IMG/VR virus record: IMGVR_UViG_2596583540_000001
Coordinates: 1,510-65,509 of that record
Origin: a virus
Taxonomy: Duplodnaviria; Caudoviricetes
Strand: one strand, 5' to 3'
DNA: 64,000 nt
In this document: positions 46,759 to 56,232 of the stretch, one piece after another
Layout of the letters: each line of letters opens with the position of its first letter
Numbering within the stretch: position 1 is the stretch's first letter
Notes under the pieces: generated by a model
Database searches by the model: none
Told to the model about the DNA's origin: nothing
What the model saw: the letters and a program-made list of their open reading frames with translations, nothing else
Made by a program: the position numbers and the translations under genes

Positions 46759-47157
46759 CTAAAATGGGATTTCTTCTTCATTTACATCAGACCCGTAGTG
46801 ATCAAAACTACTGTCATTTTTTTGTATTTTTTCATCATTCGTTATATTTCGGCTGACATAATCTGCAATAATTTCAGTTACGTAGCGTTTTGTACCATCT
46901 TTCGCCTCATAGGATCGGGTACTGATTCTACCTTTTACTAATACGTTGTCACCCTTAGTCAACATATTCCCCACCGATTCAGCAAGCTTGCCCCAACATA
47001 CCACATTCAGCCAATCCGTTATTTCTGTCCCTTCCCCATTGGATTTCACGTAGTTTGATGCAGCAGCCACACTAAAGCTTGCCACGGCTTTGCCGTTTGC
47101 CGTAAACCGCAGTTCAGGATCTCGTCCCAGATTTCCGCTTATAATTGCTGTATTCAT
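46759..47157 (-). CDS. ssb: Single-stranded DNA-binding protein
   Basis: GNLGRDPELRFT, C-terminal EEIPF. Confidence 0.95.
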   Translation of the reverse strand: MNTAIISGNLGRDPELRFTANGKAVASFSVAAASNYVKSNGEGTEITDWLNVVCWGKLAESVGNMLTKGDNVLVKGRISTRSYEAKDGTKRYVTEIIADYVSRNITNDEKIQKNDSSFDHYGSDVNEEEIPF

Positions 47158-47201
47158 ACATAGTCCTCCTTAAAAATCTCCTATCATCGAAAATTCGCAA
47201 T

Positions 47202-47522
47202 TCATTCATGGTGAACGCTTTCGCCTTCGATTTCCGCCACAATACAGCCAGTAAACTGATCTATGTCCAATACTGCCTTCTGCGTTACAAGCGTACCTGT
47301 CATTCCCTGCCAGTTCACGTACTGTACTTGATTATTGTCATAGGCAAAGGCGATTTCAGTATAGTTATCACGCAGCATCTTTTCTGTCAGTTCCGGGAAA
47401 CATCGTTTTGCATATTCCACTACTTCCGGACGCATTTGCATTTCTTTCCGGAATGTACCCGTCTTAATGCTGTTAAAAATATTTTTTATACGGTCTGGCA
47501 ATTCTCTGTTAGTCATCCTCAT
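47202..47522 (-). CDS. Hypothetical phage protein
   Basis: GGGAGG RBS before MRMTNRE. Confidence 0.55.
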   Translation of the reverse strand: MRMTNRELPDRIKNIFNSIKTGTFRKEMQMRPEVVEYAKRCFPELTEKMLRDNYTEIAFAYDNNQVQYVNWQGMTGTLVTQKAVLDIDQFTGCIVAEIEGESVHHE

Positions 47523-48063
47523 GACCTCCCATACATTCACCAATTCGCTGTAATTTAGATTCTTTTGTTGCCGATATCGGAATTTCATATACTCCCAGTT
47601 TTCTATCAAGAGCATTTTCGCTATGCCGGGTACACGCAATTTTATAGGTATCTCGAAATTGAGCCCTGTATGTACTGCTTTGCCGTGTTTCCATCATGCA
47701 GAGATTCCGCCACCCCATGCTTTTCACTGTTTCCGCTATTTCAGGAGTAGAGAATTTCGGAGCTTGATAAACAAAGCAAATTCTGACTTGCTCCATCACT
47801 TCTTCCCAAGCTTCGTTCATATCTTTTTGTCTGGTCCCGTTAACCTTGGTGATCATCTTTTCAGCCGTTTCCCGTATTTCTGCTACCGTGGGAAGAAATT
47901 TCGATGTACATATCAGTTTCTTAATTGCCTTATCCAGAACAACGGGATGAATATCTCGTAACATATCTGCATAAAACTTCATTTGTGATTTTGAAAGGCT
48001 GTCCCGATAAGCAAGCTGTAATCCTGATAAAGCCTTCACTACCTGCTGATCCCTAGTTTCCAT
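47509..48063 (-). CDS. Helicase loader/inhibitor-like (G39P-like) protein
   Basis: KFLPTVAEIRE, EAWEEV, GWRNLC motifs; follows the replication initiator. Confidence 0.65.
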   Translation of the reverse strand: METRDQQVVKALSGLQLAYRDSLSKSQMKFYADMLRDIHPVVLDKAIKKLICTSKFLPTVAEIRETAEKMITKVNGTRQKDMNEAWEEVMEQVRICFVYQAPKFSTPEIAETVKSMGWRNLCMMETRQSSTYRAQFRDTYKIACTRHSENALDRKLGVYEIPISATKESKLQRIGECMGGHEDD

Positions 48064-48916
48064 TTTGTTCTCCCATCTCGTCATACAGTTCATTGACAAC
48101 ATCGATAGCAGCTTGTTTGCTGTCTTCTTTTCCTGTACTTACTTGATTCAAATATCCTTCAAATTTATTACTAAAGAGTGTTTCTGGACGGAGATACTTA
48201 CTCATTTTGCAGTCTCCGGCCCAGTCAGCAACTTTCTTATCAATGACAAACTTAAAATCGCTGACAGCAAACCCTTCTTTCATTCTGGATCGTATTAATT
48301 TCACTGTCAGAGGGGTATTCGGTTTATACCGTGTTCCGACCTTATCATTCAAATAATCGATAATCTCAGTTATTTCACCGTGATGGTTTTCTATACCGCA
48401 AACTTCTTCAACCTGTTCAATTACCTTTGATTTTGATGAATCCGGTGTATCACACTCGCCCTTTATATATATATTATTTTTATTATTAGTTATATTAGTA
48501 TTTTGTATATTAGTATTTTGTTGTGTGCGATTTTCCAACGTAGGTTTTTCCACGATTGGATTTTCCAACGTAGGTTTTTCGGACATAGGTGCCTGCGTCT
48601 GATTTTCCAATATAGGCTGTTCCGGTTCTTCTCTGATAATATATTCGGTTCCATCCAGACGGCCCTTGTCATCTCTAGCCCGTTCCATAACAAGATATCC
48701 ACATTCTTTCAGTTCGTTTAGAGCTGTTCGAATGCTGTTTTTCCCGTCTTTAGAACAATACGCCAACCCTTCTATGGAATAATCCCAATCAGGCGGTAAA
48801 CTAAGCATAAAAGCCAATAATCCTTTCGCTTTAAAAGATAAGCGTTTATCCTGCAATAGTTTATTGGATAATATTGTAAAATTTTTTACTTTTTCAACTC
48901 TTATTTTTGTCGACAT
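48053..48916 (-). CDS. Replication initiator (N-terminal HTH, conserved phage C-terminus)
   Basis: LSFKAKGLL..LP.DW; YLRPETLF..KFEGYLNQ. Confidence 0.85.
   Translation of the reverse strand: MSTKIRVEKVKNFTILSNKLLQDKRLSFKAKGLLAFMLSLPPDWDYSIEGLAYCSKDGKNSIRTALNELKECGYLVMERARDDKGRLDGTEYIIREEPEQPILENQTQAPMSEKPTLENPIVEKPTLENRTQQNTNIQNTNITNNKNNIYIKGECDTPDSSKSKVIEQVEEVCGIENHHGEITEIIDYLNDKVGTRYKPNTPLTVKLIRSRMKEGFAVSDFKFVIDKKVADWAGDCKMSKYLRPETLFSNKFEGYLNQVSTGKEDSKQAAIDVVNELYDEMGEQNGN
48466..48616. repeat. Putative replication origin: iterons plus AT-rich tract
   Basis: GATTTTCCAACGTAGGTTTTTC at 48529 and 48559, partial copy at 48601; TATTAGT repeats adjacent. Confidence 0.75.
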
Positions 48917-48919
48917 ATA

Positions 48920-49195
48920 TTACCTCCGGCCGTGCCAGCGTTCTCCATACAATTTAGTTAGATAGTCACGACAAATTTTTCTTATTTTAGCGACCGCCCC
49001 AAAATGCCGCTGTTGATGACAGGCATAGCAAAGCGTTACACCTTCTTCGATACAATCATTTTTAAGACCGCTGCGTTCATGATGGAATTTAATGCCATTC
49101 GGGACATATACTCCGCAGACAATGCACTGATGATGATCTCTATCGTGGATATCATTGTTCAGTTTTCTTAGCTTTTTCCCGCTGAGTCTCATCAT
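48920..49195 (-). CDS. HNH-like zinc-binding nuclease
   Basis: RDHHQCIVCG..HH..LCYACHQQRH. Confidence 0.75.
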   Translation of the reverse strand: MMRLSGKKLRKLNNDIHDRDHHQCIVCGVYVPNGIKFHHERSGLKNDCIEEGVTLCYACHQQRHFGAVAKIRKICRDYLTKLYGERWHGRR

Positions 49196-49730
49196 GCTCG
49201 CCCCATTCCTGCAATAAGCCATCAACATATTCCCGTGGTTCGGTTGCTACGCCTAACCGCTGCGCTTCATCAAGCAAGCAATTAATTAACCTTGTCATTT
49301 CTTCTACGGTATAGGTACTGCTTCCGTGATACATGGCAACAATGGTATATCCCTTTGTGTTTTTGCAGGGGCCTAAAACTTCACTTACCCACCCCAAGCC
49401 TTTGCTTCCCCATCTCCGGCACCATTCATCTACAACATCATCCCGCACCGGTACCGGAACAAAATGGCCGCAATCTTTAATACAGGCACGATATACATCT
49501 TCTTTGCTGTGATAGCTGCCGTCCTGCGATAACTTTTCAGCGATCCGCTGCGTTAACACCCAACAATACGCATTCGCCTGTAAGGATCTTTTCCGATAGG
49601 GTTTCTTGATTTCAATGCTGTATTTTTTCTTTCCGTCAAACTTGTTTATCTCTTCAGATTTAGGTGCCGTAATAACAAGGGCCGTTCCTAATGCCCCTGT
49701 TATCGTCTGCACTGTTGCTGTAAATTTCAT
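49152..49730 (-). CDS. NinB/Orf-like recombination protein
   Basis: KRSLQANAYCW, GSSTYTVEEM. Confidence 0.75.
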   Translation of the reverse strand: MKFTATVQTITGALGTALVITAPKSEEINKFDGKKKYSIEIKKPYRKRSLQANAYCWVLTQRIAEKLSQDGSYHSKEDVYRACIKDCGHFVPVPVRDDVVDEWCRRWGSKGLGWVSEVLGPCKNTKGYTIVAMYHGSSTYTVEEMTRLINCLLDEAQRLGVATEPREYVDGLLQEWGEHDETQREKAKKTEQ

Positions 49731-50602
49731 TACCTATTCACTGCCTCTTTATCCTCGGCTTCCGCCATAGCCGTATCGAGAATAAAATCAATATTTTCAT
49801 ACATTTCTTTTGCCTGTTCAAAGGTTAATTTATTAATGCTGTTAACTCCGTATTCTTCTTGTATAATCGATGGCAGCCTGTTTGCCATTTCTTTTACATT
49901 CGCGGCCTTCACAATTTCAATCAGGTAATGATTCCGCATTTTTATATCATTGGCAGCATTCGAGGTTACATCATTCGTCTGTTTTTCAGCCTGAGCCCCG
50001 CTGCTTTGCGTTTTATTTTCTTTTCCTATACTTTTATCATCGTTTTGCTTCGGTACCGTTACAGCCGACTTCACGGGTGATTGTAATGAATACCTGCTTT
50101 TCCCTTTGCTGTCTACAATGCTAAGTTCCGTAAATTTCCGGAGTGTTTCATCATACTGAATGCTTTTTACGTAGAATTTCGCATAGGAGGTCGTCTTTCC
50201 ATTACTCCGTGGCACTATTTCCGTCTTATCCAGTAAGATAAAGATAGGCGGAACATCATATAATTCTCTGCCGATTCCCCAACAGGTACCCGCACGCTTA
50301 AATGCATCGCTTGCCTGTCCTTTTTCTGCTTCTGTCTGTGAAGGAACGCCGACATCCTGTTTAGATATCCACGCTTTTTTGCTCTCGTCCCACACTGCTA
50401 TAGTACAGAACAGATTGTTATTTACCACTTGGTGCTCCCGCTGCCAATTCATCGGCCCGAATACTTCATCTAAAACCCGCATATCTACACGGGCGTTCTT
50501 ATACAGTAAAACCAACGCTTTATTATTCTTGGTAATCATTTGTATCCGACATTCAATGTCATTTGCCGTTAAAAGCGGTATTTTTTTATCCATATTTCCC
50601 AC
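49730..50602 (-). CDS. Rad52/Sak-like single-strand annealing protein
   Basis: YKNARVDM..LDE.FG..W, KGQASDAFKRA...GIGRELY. Confidence 0.85.
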   Translation of the reverse strand: MGNMDKKIPLLTANDIECRIQMITKNNKALVLLYKNARVDMRVLDEVFGPMNWQREHQVVNNNLFCTIAVWDESKKAWISKQDVGVPSQTEAEKGQASDAFKRAGTCWGIGRELYDVPPIFILLDKTEIVPRSNGKTTSYAKFYVKSIQYDETLRKFTELSIVDSKGKSRYSLQSPVKSAVTVPKQNDDKSIGKENKTQSSGAQAEKQTNDVTSNAANDIKMRNHYLIEIVKAANVKEMANRLPSIIQEEYGVNSINKLTFEQAKEMYENIDFILDTAMAEAEDKEAVNR

Positions 50603-50605
50603 CTC

Positions 50606-51619
50606 TTACTCTTCAAGCGTTACGTCATACACCCGGTCAAACCCATCAATCATTTGACAAATGAGTTGATCCTCTCTTTCTGAAACGTGGACTCCGTATA
50701 TTTTAATGACCATGGTTTTACATACAGGCAGCGCGTCTTCATTTTCAATTGGGGAATTGTCCTTTTGTATGACTTCCTGCGGTTCTTTTTGATTGATGGT
50801 TTCCTGTTCTGCCTCTAATGCCCGATGCCATTCTTGTTCCTGCGCTAATTTTTCTTGTTCGGCACGTTCAATGGCTTGCTGTTCTATCTCATGCAATGTC
50901 TGCGCCTTGCCATATATCAACTGCTTTAACTCGGTTATTGTCCGTTCGCTTAAAGATGATTCAGGAATAACATCACTCAATTTCATGGAAGTACTTAATC
51001 TGTATTTTTCATTTGCCATGCTGACCCATTCATTGGCCATTTCAAGCCGTTCTTCCAATAATTTTTTTCTGTCGTCATCGGCTTTTTGTAATTCCATTAA
51101 TCTGCTGATTTCCCGATCAATGCCAATCGTTGTTTCGCTGTACTTGGAAGTCTTGTTATACCAACGGGTATCACTAACAAACTGTTCTAAATAGGTTTGA
51201 CGCAAACCAGCAGCCGCTGCCTTATTTGTTATTTCGTCTGCGATTTGCTCGGACAAAACCGCTTGTCTGTGTTCTTCATACCTATTAAGCTGCTCACGCA
51301 ACGGCACTTCCACTTCAGAAACAACCTGAAGTAACTCTTTTACCTGTAATTCCAAGGTATTGACCGGCTCTTTTAATTTGTGTTTTGCTTTAGTTTGAAA
51401 TTTAGTAATCGCAGTACGCAGGGAAACTACTTCCCGCAGCGCTTTCGACATATCCTCTTCATTTTCATCGGTAACCACTAATCCATGATATTTTTCTGTT
51501 ACGGCTACCAAATAATTTTTGACCTGCTCGTGATTCCAATCAAAGACTAAATCCGCTTTCATTAGTTTAGGTTCTATTGGCACGAGTGTTGGCAATGCGT
51601 TTACGGCCATACTGATCAT
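50606..51619 (-). CDS. DUF1351-like coiled-coil phage protein
   Basis: N.E....EKY.GLVVT.E pattern; adjacent to the recombinase. Confidence 0.7.
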   Translation of the reverse strand: MISMAVNALPTLVPIEPKLMKADLVFDWNHEQVKNYLVAVTEKYHGLVVTDENEEDMSKALREVVSLRTAITKFQTKAKHKLKEPVNTLELQVKELLQVVSEVEVPLREQLNRYEEHRQAVLSEQIADEITNKAAAAGLRQTYLEQFVSDTRWYNKTSKYSETTIGIDREISRLMELQKADDDRKKLLEERLEMANEWVSMANEKYRLSTSMKLSDVIPESSLSERTITELKQLIYGKAQTLHEIEQQAIERAEQEKLAQEQEWHRALEAEQETINQKEPQEVIQKDNSPIENEDALPVCKTMVIKIYGVHVSEREDQLICQMIDGFDRVYDVTLEE

Positions 51620-51625
51620 CCTCTC

Positions 51626-51907
51626 CTATTCTGCTGATACACTTTGTCGAGCAATTTCTAATTCGTCCATTTCAGCACGGATATCATCTACAATCACTTC
51701 AAGTTTTGTTAACGATTCATTTAGTCTGGATTTCGAGTAATCATTTTCGGCATTATTTCTCATATCTTTTGCAACACCATCTAGCTGTCCGCTGATATAG
51801 GATAGTTCCGGATACGAATCTCTTATCCGCTGTATGGCACTATTGGGTAATCTGTCTGGATCTATTCTTTTATTAAAATCGTTTCTGTACATGGTGCAAT
51901 TCATCAT
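51626..51907 (-). CDS. Hypothetical phage protein
   Basis: ORF with AGGGGG RBS. Confidence 0.6.
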   Translation of the reverse strand: MMNCTMYRNDFNKRIDPDRLPNSAIQRIRDSYPELSYISGQLDGVAKDMRNNAENDYSKSRLNESLTKLEVIVDDIRAEMDELEIARQSVSAE

Positions 51908-51996
51908 TTTGAATCCCCCTTTAACTATTTATTGTTTCGTGGTAAACTATTCACAGATTTAATTTTTCTTAGTCGCCTCTGCCAAGGCGGCTTTTT

Positions 51997-52233
51997 TTAT
52001 GTCAGATCATAAATAATTCTACAAAGCAATAAAATTGTTACTGCCGATACAACTAACACCGCATAATACTTTGCCTTTAACTTATTTAATTGCATTTTTA
52101 ACTGCAAACTTAGCTGTGATTCCAAGGCTTGCTGCACGTCAATATAATAGATAGCTTTAGGTGGTTCCCTAGGGTTGTTATATCCCTTAAAGTGCCACGG
52201 TATTACGATGTCCTCTTTCGGTTTTACTGCCAT
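51997..52233 (-). CDS. Hypothetical membrane protein
   Basis: AAGGAGG RBS before MAVKPKE; C-terminal TM. Confidence 0.6.
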   Translation of the reverse strand: MAVKPKEDIVIPWHFKGYNNPREPPKAIYYIDVQQALESQLSLQLKMQLNKLKAKYYAVLVVSAVTILLLCRIIYDLT

Positions 52234-52432
52234 TTTGTTTAACCTCCTTTTCTTTGGCCATACTGTCAATCCATGCCCGAATCTGCCAACCGGCAAAACG
52301 AAGCTGACTATGAGGCGTTGCTTGAAAACATGGAATTCTTCCGTTTTTAGCCATGGCATATACGGTTGTCGTTGCTATACGCAGTTCCTTTGCCACACCT
52401 CTAGCTGAATAAATCTGTCCTTCTACAATCAT
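52187..52432 (-). CDS. Excisionase-like HTH protein
   Basis: YSARGVAKELRIATTTVYAMAKNGRIP..LRF. Confidence 0.75.
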   Translation of the reverse strand: MIVEGQIYSARGVAKELRIATTTVYAMAKNGRIPCFQATPHSQLRFAGWQIRAWIDSMAKEKEVKQNGSKTERGHRNTVAL

Positions 52433-52500
52433 GAAAAACACACCTCACTTTCTATATTTTTTCTGTTATCAAATATGTCTACTCCTTTTTACACGATGTT

Positions 52501-52716
52501 TTATATACTTGTATTTCCGTCATTTTCTTTTAAAAAATTAAGATCGATATTTAAAAGATTACCTAATCGAGAAAGAAGTTTTAAGCTGGGAGTATATCTA
52601 CCACGTTCAACATCTGCATAATAAGCTCGTGATACTTCAGCTTCATCGGCAATTTGCTGTTGAGTCTTGCCAATATTTTCACGTGCTTTTTTTAACATTT
52701 TTCCAATCTCCTTCAT
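52501..52716 (-). CDS. Cro-like XRE regulator
   Basis: XRE HTH, divergent from the repressor. Confidence 0.85.
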   Translation of the reverse strand: MKEIGKMLKKARENIGKTQQQIADEAEVSRAYYADVERGRYTPSLKLLSRLGNLLNIDLNFLKENDGNTSI

Positions 52717-52736
52717 TATTAATCTCCTTCCTACTT

Positions 52737-52835
52737 GTATTTTCGTTCTTAATGATTATTGTATTGTATTTCCGTCTTTTTGTCAATGGTATTTCCGTCA
52801 AAAATGTACTATAATTTATATATAGACGGAAAAAC
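52737..52835. promoter_or_regulatory. Lysis/lysogeny switch: operators and leftward promoter
   Basis: GTATTTCCGTC at 52766, 52789 and 52511, variants at 52737 and inverted at 52825; minus-strand TTGACA (52786-52781), 17 nt, TACAAT (52763-52758). Confidence 0.8.
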
Positions 52836-52861
52836 CGTACAAATAAAAGGAGGCATTATTA

Positions 52862-53254
52862 ATGGCTACTATTGGAGAAAACATAAAAGAGGCTCGTAAA
52901 AAAGCTGGACTTACTCAAGTAGAATTAGCAAAACTAACAAACCTCTCACGTTCCTATATCGGAGATATAGAAAAAAATCGTTATAACCCCAGTGTTTCTA
53001 CATTGAAAGCAATTGCTAATGCAACAAATGCACCCTTAGATACAATTATTATCTCCGAAAAAGTAAATCCAGAAAAATCAGAAAAGGTGCCTGCGGATTT
53101 AAAAAAATACTTAGAGCAATCAGAAGTAATATTTGACGGAGATACATACAACCTAACTCCAGAAGAAAAGGATATGGTTATGCAGTCGTTAAAAGTCGCC
53201 TTTTATGCTGCCAAACGTGCCAACAAACGCAAAATAGACGACAAAACTAAGTAG
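52862..53254 (+). CDS. CI/ImmR-like repressor
   Basis: XRE HTH, followed by ImmA-like gene. Confidence 0.9.
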   Translation: MATIGENIKEARKKAGLTQVELAKLTNLSRSYIGDIEKNRYNPSVSTLKAIANATNAPLDTIIISEKVNPEKSEKVPADLKKYLEQSEVIFDGDTYNLTPEEKDMVMQSLKVAFYAAKRANKRKIDDKTK

Positions 53255-53264
53255 GTGTCGTCTA

Positions 53265-53708
53265 TTGCGAAAAAATATTAAATTACGTGTTAAAAATCTT
53301 GTACGGAAAATGGGGACCTCTAATCCCATGCAAATTGCTAAAATATTACGAATTCCTATTGTATATACTTCTCTTCCTGATGATATTCTTGGATACCTTA
53401 CCCACCCACTCCGCCGAAAAACATTTGTTCTGAATAATAAACTAGATGAACGAGAAATTCCTATTGTTGTTGCTCATGAATTAGGACATGCACTCATGCA
53501 TGGTACTATTGGATATACTTTCCACACGGACACAGTAAATTACTGTCGTGCCCGTAGCGAATATGAGGCAAATATATTTGCACTTTATTTATTGTCATAT
53601 AGTTATGATATAGATCCACGATTGCTTCAAGCAGCTCCTCGTTATAAAGATATTATGACCCATCGAGAAGCACATTTTTTATTATGCAGGTGTATTGAAA
53701 GATACTAA
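53265..53708 (+). CDS. ImmA/IrrE metallopeptidase (anti-repressor)
   Basis: AHELGHALMH..EYEAN. Confidence 0.9.
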   Translation: MRKNIKLRVKNLVRKMGTSNPMQIAKILRIPIVYTSLPDDILGYLTHPLRRKTFVLNNKLDEREIPIVVAHELGHALMHGTIGYTFHTDTVNYCRARSEYEANIFALYLLSYSYDIDPRLLQAAPRYKDIMTHREAHFLLCRCIERY

Positions 53709-53820
53709 TTAGAAGAAACAGTATAATAACATTGTTTCCTTTAGGGAATATATATTAAACTGTTATAAAATAATTAGTGCAAATGCATTTTATGTTATTT
53801 GGCGAAATTGATAAAGAGGC

Positions 53821-54456
53821 ATGTCTATGAAAAAAACATTTTATGTAATGATTTTTGTTTTATTATTATTTGTAACTGTATCTAGTAATGTATACGCCGA
53901 TGATTGGTATAATATTGGGTATTCAATTGGACAATCTATAGGAAATTCTCCAGCTCAAGATGACAAATCATTTTATAAAGATGATAAATATGATTTTACT
54001 CATATAAAAAAAATTTGTGTCGTCTCCACAGTACCCCCCCAATGCTATGCCTATATATCAGATCCATATATAACCCAAAAATATACAAATTATATTAGCC
54101 ATTCTTTTGCTGATATATGCAACATGTCCTCTGCGAATGAAGCCGGTGATGTTTTTACAGCATTATATTCCGATACCTTGAAACCAGGAAGCACTGAATT
54201 TAATTCTGCTTATATTACATATATACGTAAAAATTATGATGCAGTACTTTATGTGAATATTTACGCATATAATCAAAATGAAGGACTCGGAAATGTTTTT
54301 ATGGATTTTCGGCTTATTGATACAAAAACTGGAAAAGATGTAATGTATTATAAAGACATGAGATTAAATGCACCCCGTTCAGATAAGGAAGGCATGATTC
54401 AAAGAATTACAAACACATTTAGAACTAAATTTAAAAAAGCAAAAAATAACTACTAA
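53821..54456 (+). CDS. Secreted hypothetical protein
   Basis: Signal peptide ending VYA. Confidence 0.7.
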   Translation: MSMKKTFYVMIFVLLLFVTVSSNVYADDWYNIGYSIGQSIGNSPAQDDKSFYKDDKYDFTHIKKICVVSTVPPQCYAYISDPYITQKYTNYISHSFADICNMSSANEAGDVFTALYSDTLKPGSTEFNSAYITYIRKNYDAVLYVNIYAYNQNEGLGNVFMDFRLIDTKTGKDVMYYKDMRLNAPRSDKEGMIQRITNTFRTKFKKAKNNY

Positions 54457-54483
54457 ATATCATAATAAAGAGGAGATAATTTA

Positions 54484-55101
54484 ATGAAAAAATTATTCAT
54501 GACACTCACATTTATTTTATTAGCTATTCCTGTTTTTGCTTCTGTCGAATCTGGATATCAAGAAGATACTAACATGCAATTATCCTACCCTCTTGTGTAT
54601 ATAGACAATGCGGATGCACAAGAAAAAATCAATACTGATATTGCTAGCTATGTAGAAAAAACAAAAGCTGATTATTACAGTGGTTGGTATAAAGTAAAAT
54701 TGTCCTACACTGTAAAATATGAAGATAATCATACTTTATCCATTATACTAACTAAATTAAGAGATGGCGGGGGTGCTCATCCACAAGAACATTATTATGG
54801 ATTGGTATATGATAAAGACACCGGAGATCGAATTCCAATATCTAATTTTGTAAATATTGCCAGTATTGATCAGTGGAAAAGACTAGCCGGTAGTCAAATT
54901 TTTCCTGCATACAATTGGCAATGGAAGCAAATTTATCTAATGCACCAACCAACTAGAATAAGTAATGACTATTATTTAGTCGGGCAAGGTATTTTTTATA
55001 TGATATATCAGCCATACGAAGTATCTTCTTATGCCAACGGAATGATATCTGTTGAATTTAACTCATCCAATATTGATTACTTGAATAGATTAAATAACTA
55101 A
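54484..55101 (+). CDS. Secreted RsiV/DUF3298-like protein
   Basis: Signal peptide; GGAHP, YQPYEVSSYANG. Confidence 0.7.
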   Translation: MKKLFMTLTFILLAIPVFASVESGYQEDTNMQLSYPLVYIDNADAQEKINTDIASYVEKTKADYYSGWYKVKLSYTVKYEDNHTLSIILTKLRDGGGAHPQEHYYGLVYDKDTGDRIPISNFVNIASIDQWKRLAGSQIFPAYNWQWKQIYLMHQPTRISNDYYLVGQGIFYMIYQPYEVSSYANGMISVEFNSSNIDYLNRLNN

Positions 55102-55143
55102 TAACTAATGCCTACAAATTTACAATAAAGGAGCTCTTATCCA

Positions 55144-56100
55144 ATGAGACTTAGTGAAATTCAAAAAATTATTGAAGAAAATAAAGATTTATTATCTATA
55201 TCAATTGACCCCATTCCTCGTGATAGCAATTTATGTATGGTAAAAAACGTAACAAATGTATTAATAGCATTACATAAGCTAGAACGTATTCCCAGTTTAA
55301 AAGAACACATTAATATAATAACAAGTATTCCCGAAATTTCCACAATACATACATCTAACCAAACTGTAGTTGCAAATGCTAATTGCAATAAGTTCAATAA
55401 TGAATTAGCAACATTGAAGATTGAATGTAATGCAATATTATCGCTTGCAAACAATATTTTGCCTACAATGGATAAAGATATGATTTGCATAAAATTACCA
55501 GAAGAATCAGATCTTAAGACTTTAAGTGATATAGCTGATAATTTTTCTAAACTTTTCACAGCAGTATTAACCGTTCCCGAAATTGAAGGAAACATTAAAT
55601 TTGTAGGTGTTGAAGCGGGGTGTTCATGGTTATATATAAAAATGACAGGGAAGATAATAGCTATAATTAATATAATTATAAATAATATTTATAATGTATT
55701 TAATAAGTACATAACAACTAAAAAGGCTAATCTAGACCTTCAATCTCTAGAAAAAGATATCAAAATTAAGACATCAGCAAACATAGATATAGAACAGGTT
55801 CTTCATGCTCTATGTGAAAAAGCAATAAAAGAAATAAATAACAATGAATTGAAAAAGTTAGATGAAGGAGAACTAGGAAAATTTACTCGTACAATGGAAA
55901 ATCTAGTAAAAATATTAGAAAAAGGAATGGAAATACATCCATCCCTTATGGCTCCTCCCGAAATACAAGAAGAAAAAAATAATCAAATTTTACTTCTCCA
56001 AAAACAAATTAAAGCTATAAAACTTCTTGAGTTTACACCAAAAACATCTGAAGAAGAGAGTTCCTTGGAAGACAATTCTGATAATTCAACTGATGTATGA
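55144..56100 (+). CDS. Hypothetical low-GC accessory protein
   Basis: 318 aa ORF with AAGGAG RBS. Confidence 0.75.
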   Translation: MRLSEIQKIIEENKDLLSISIDPIPRDSNLCMVKNVTNVLIALHKLERIPSLKEHINIITSIPEISTIHTSNQTVVANANCNKFNNELATLKIECNAILSLANNILPTMDKDMICIKLPEESDLKTLSDIADNFSKLFTAVLTVPEIEGNIKFVGVEAGCSWLYIKMTGKIIAIINIIINNIYNVFNKYITTKKANLDLQSLEKDIKIKTSANIDIEQVLHALCEKAIKEINNNELKKLDEGELGKFTRTMENLVKILEKGMEIHPSLMAPPEIQEEKNNQILLLQKQIKAIKLLEFTPKTSEEESSLEDNSDNSTDV

Positions 56101-56232
56101 CAGAAAAACCTCACCATGCTATCAACATGATGAGGGGAAAACGCAATCGCACCACTCGCTAAAATGGGCTGATTACTTCCTAAGTATATCATATCAGCCC
56201 TTTATTTCACATACTCAAAGGAGCTGATTTTT

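Noticed and set aside
48466-48616. Repeats as a CRISPR array
   Set aside because: Short in-gene iterons without unique spacers; no cas genes in the window
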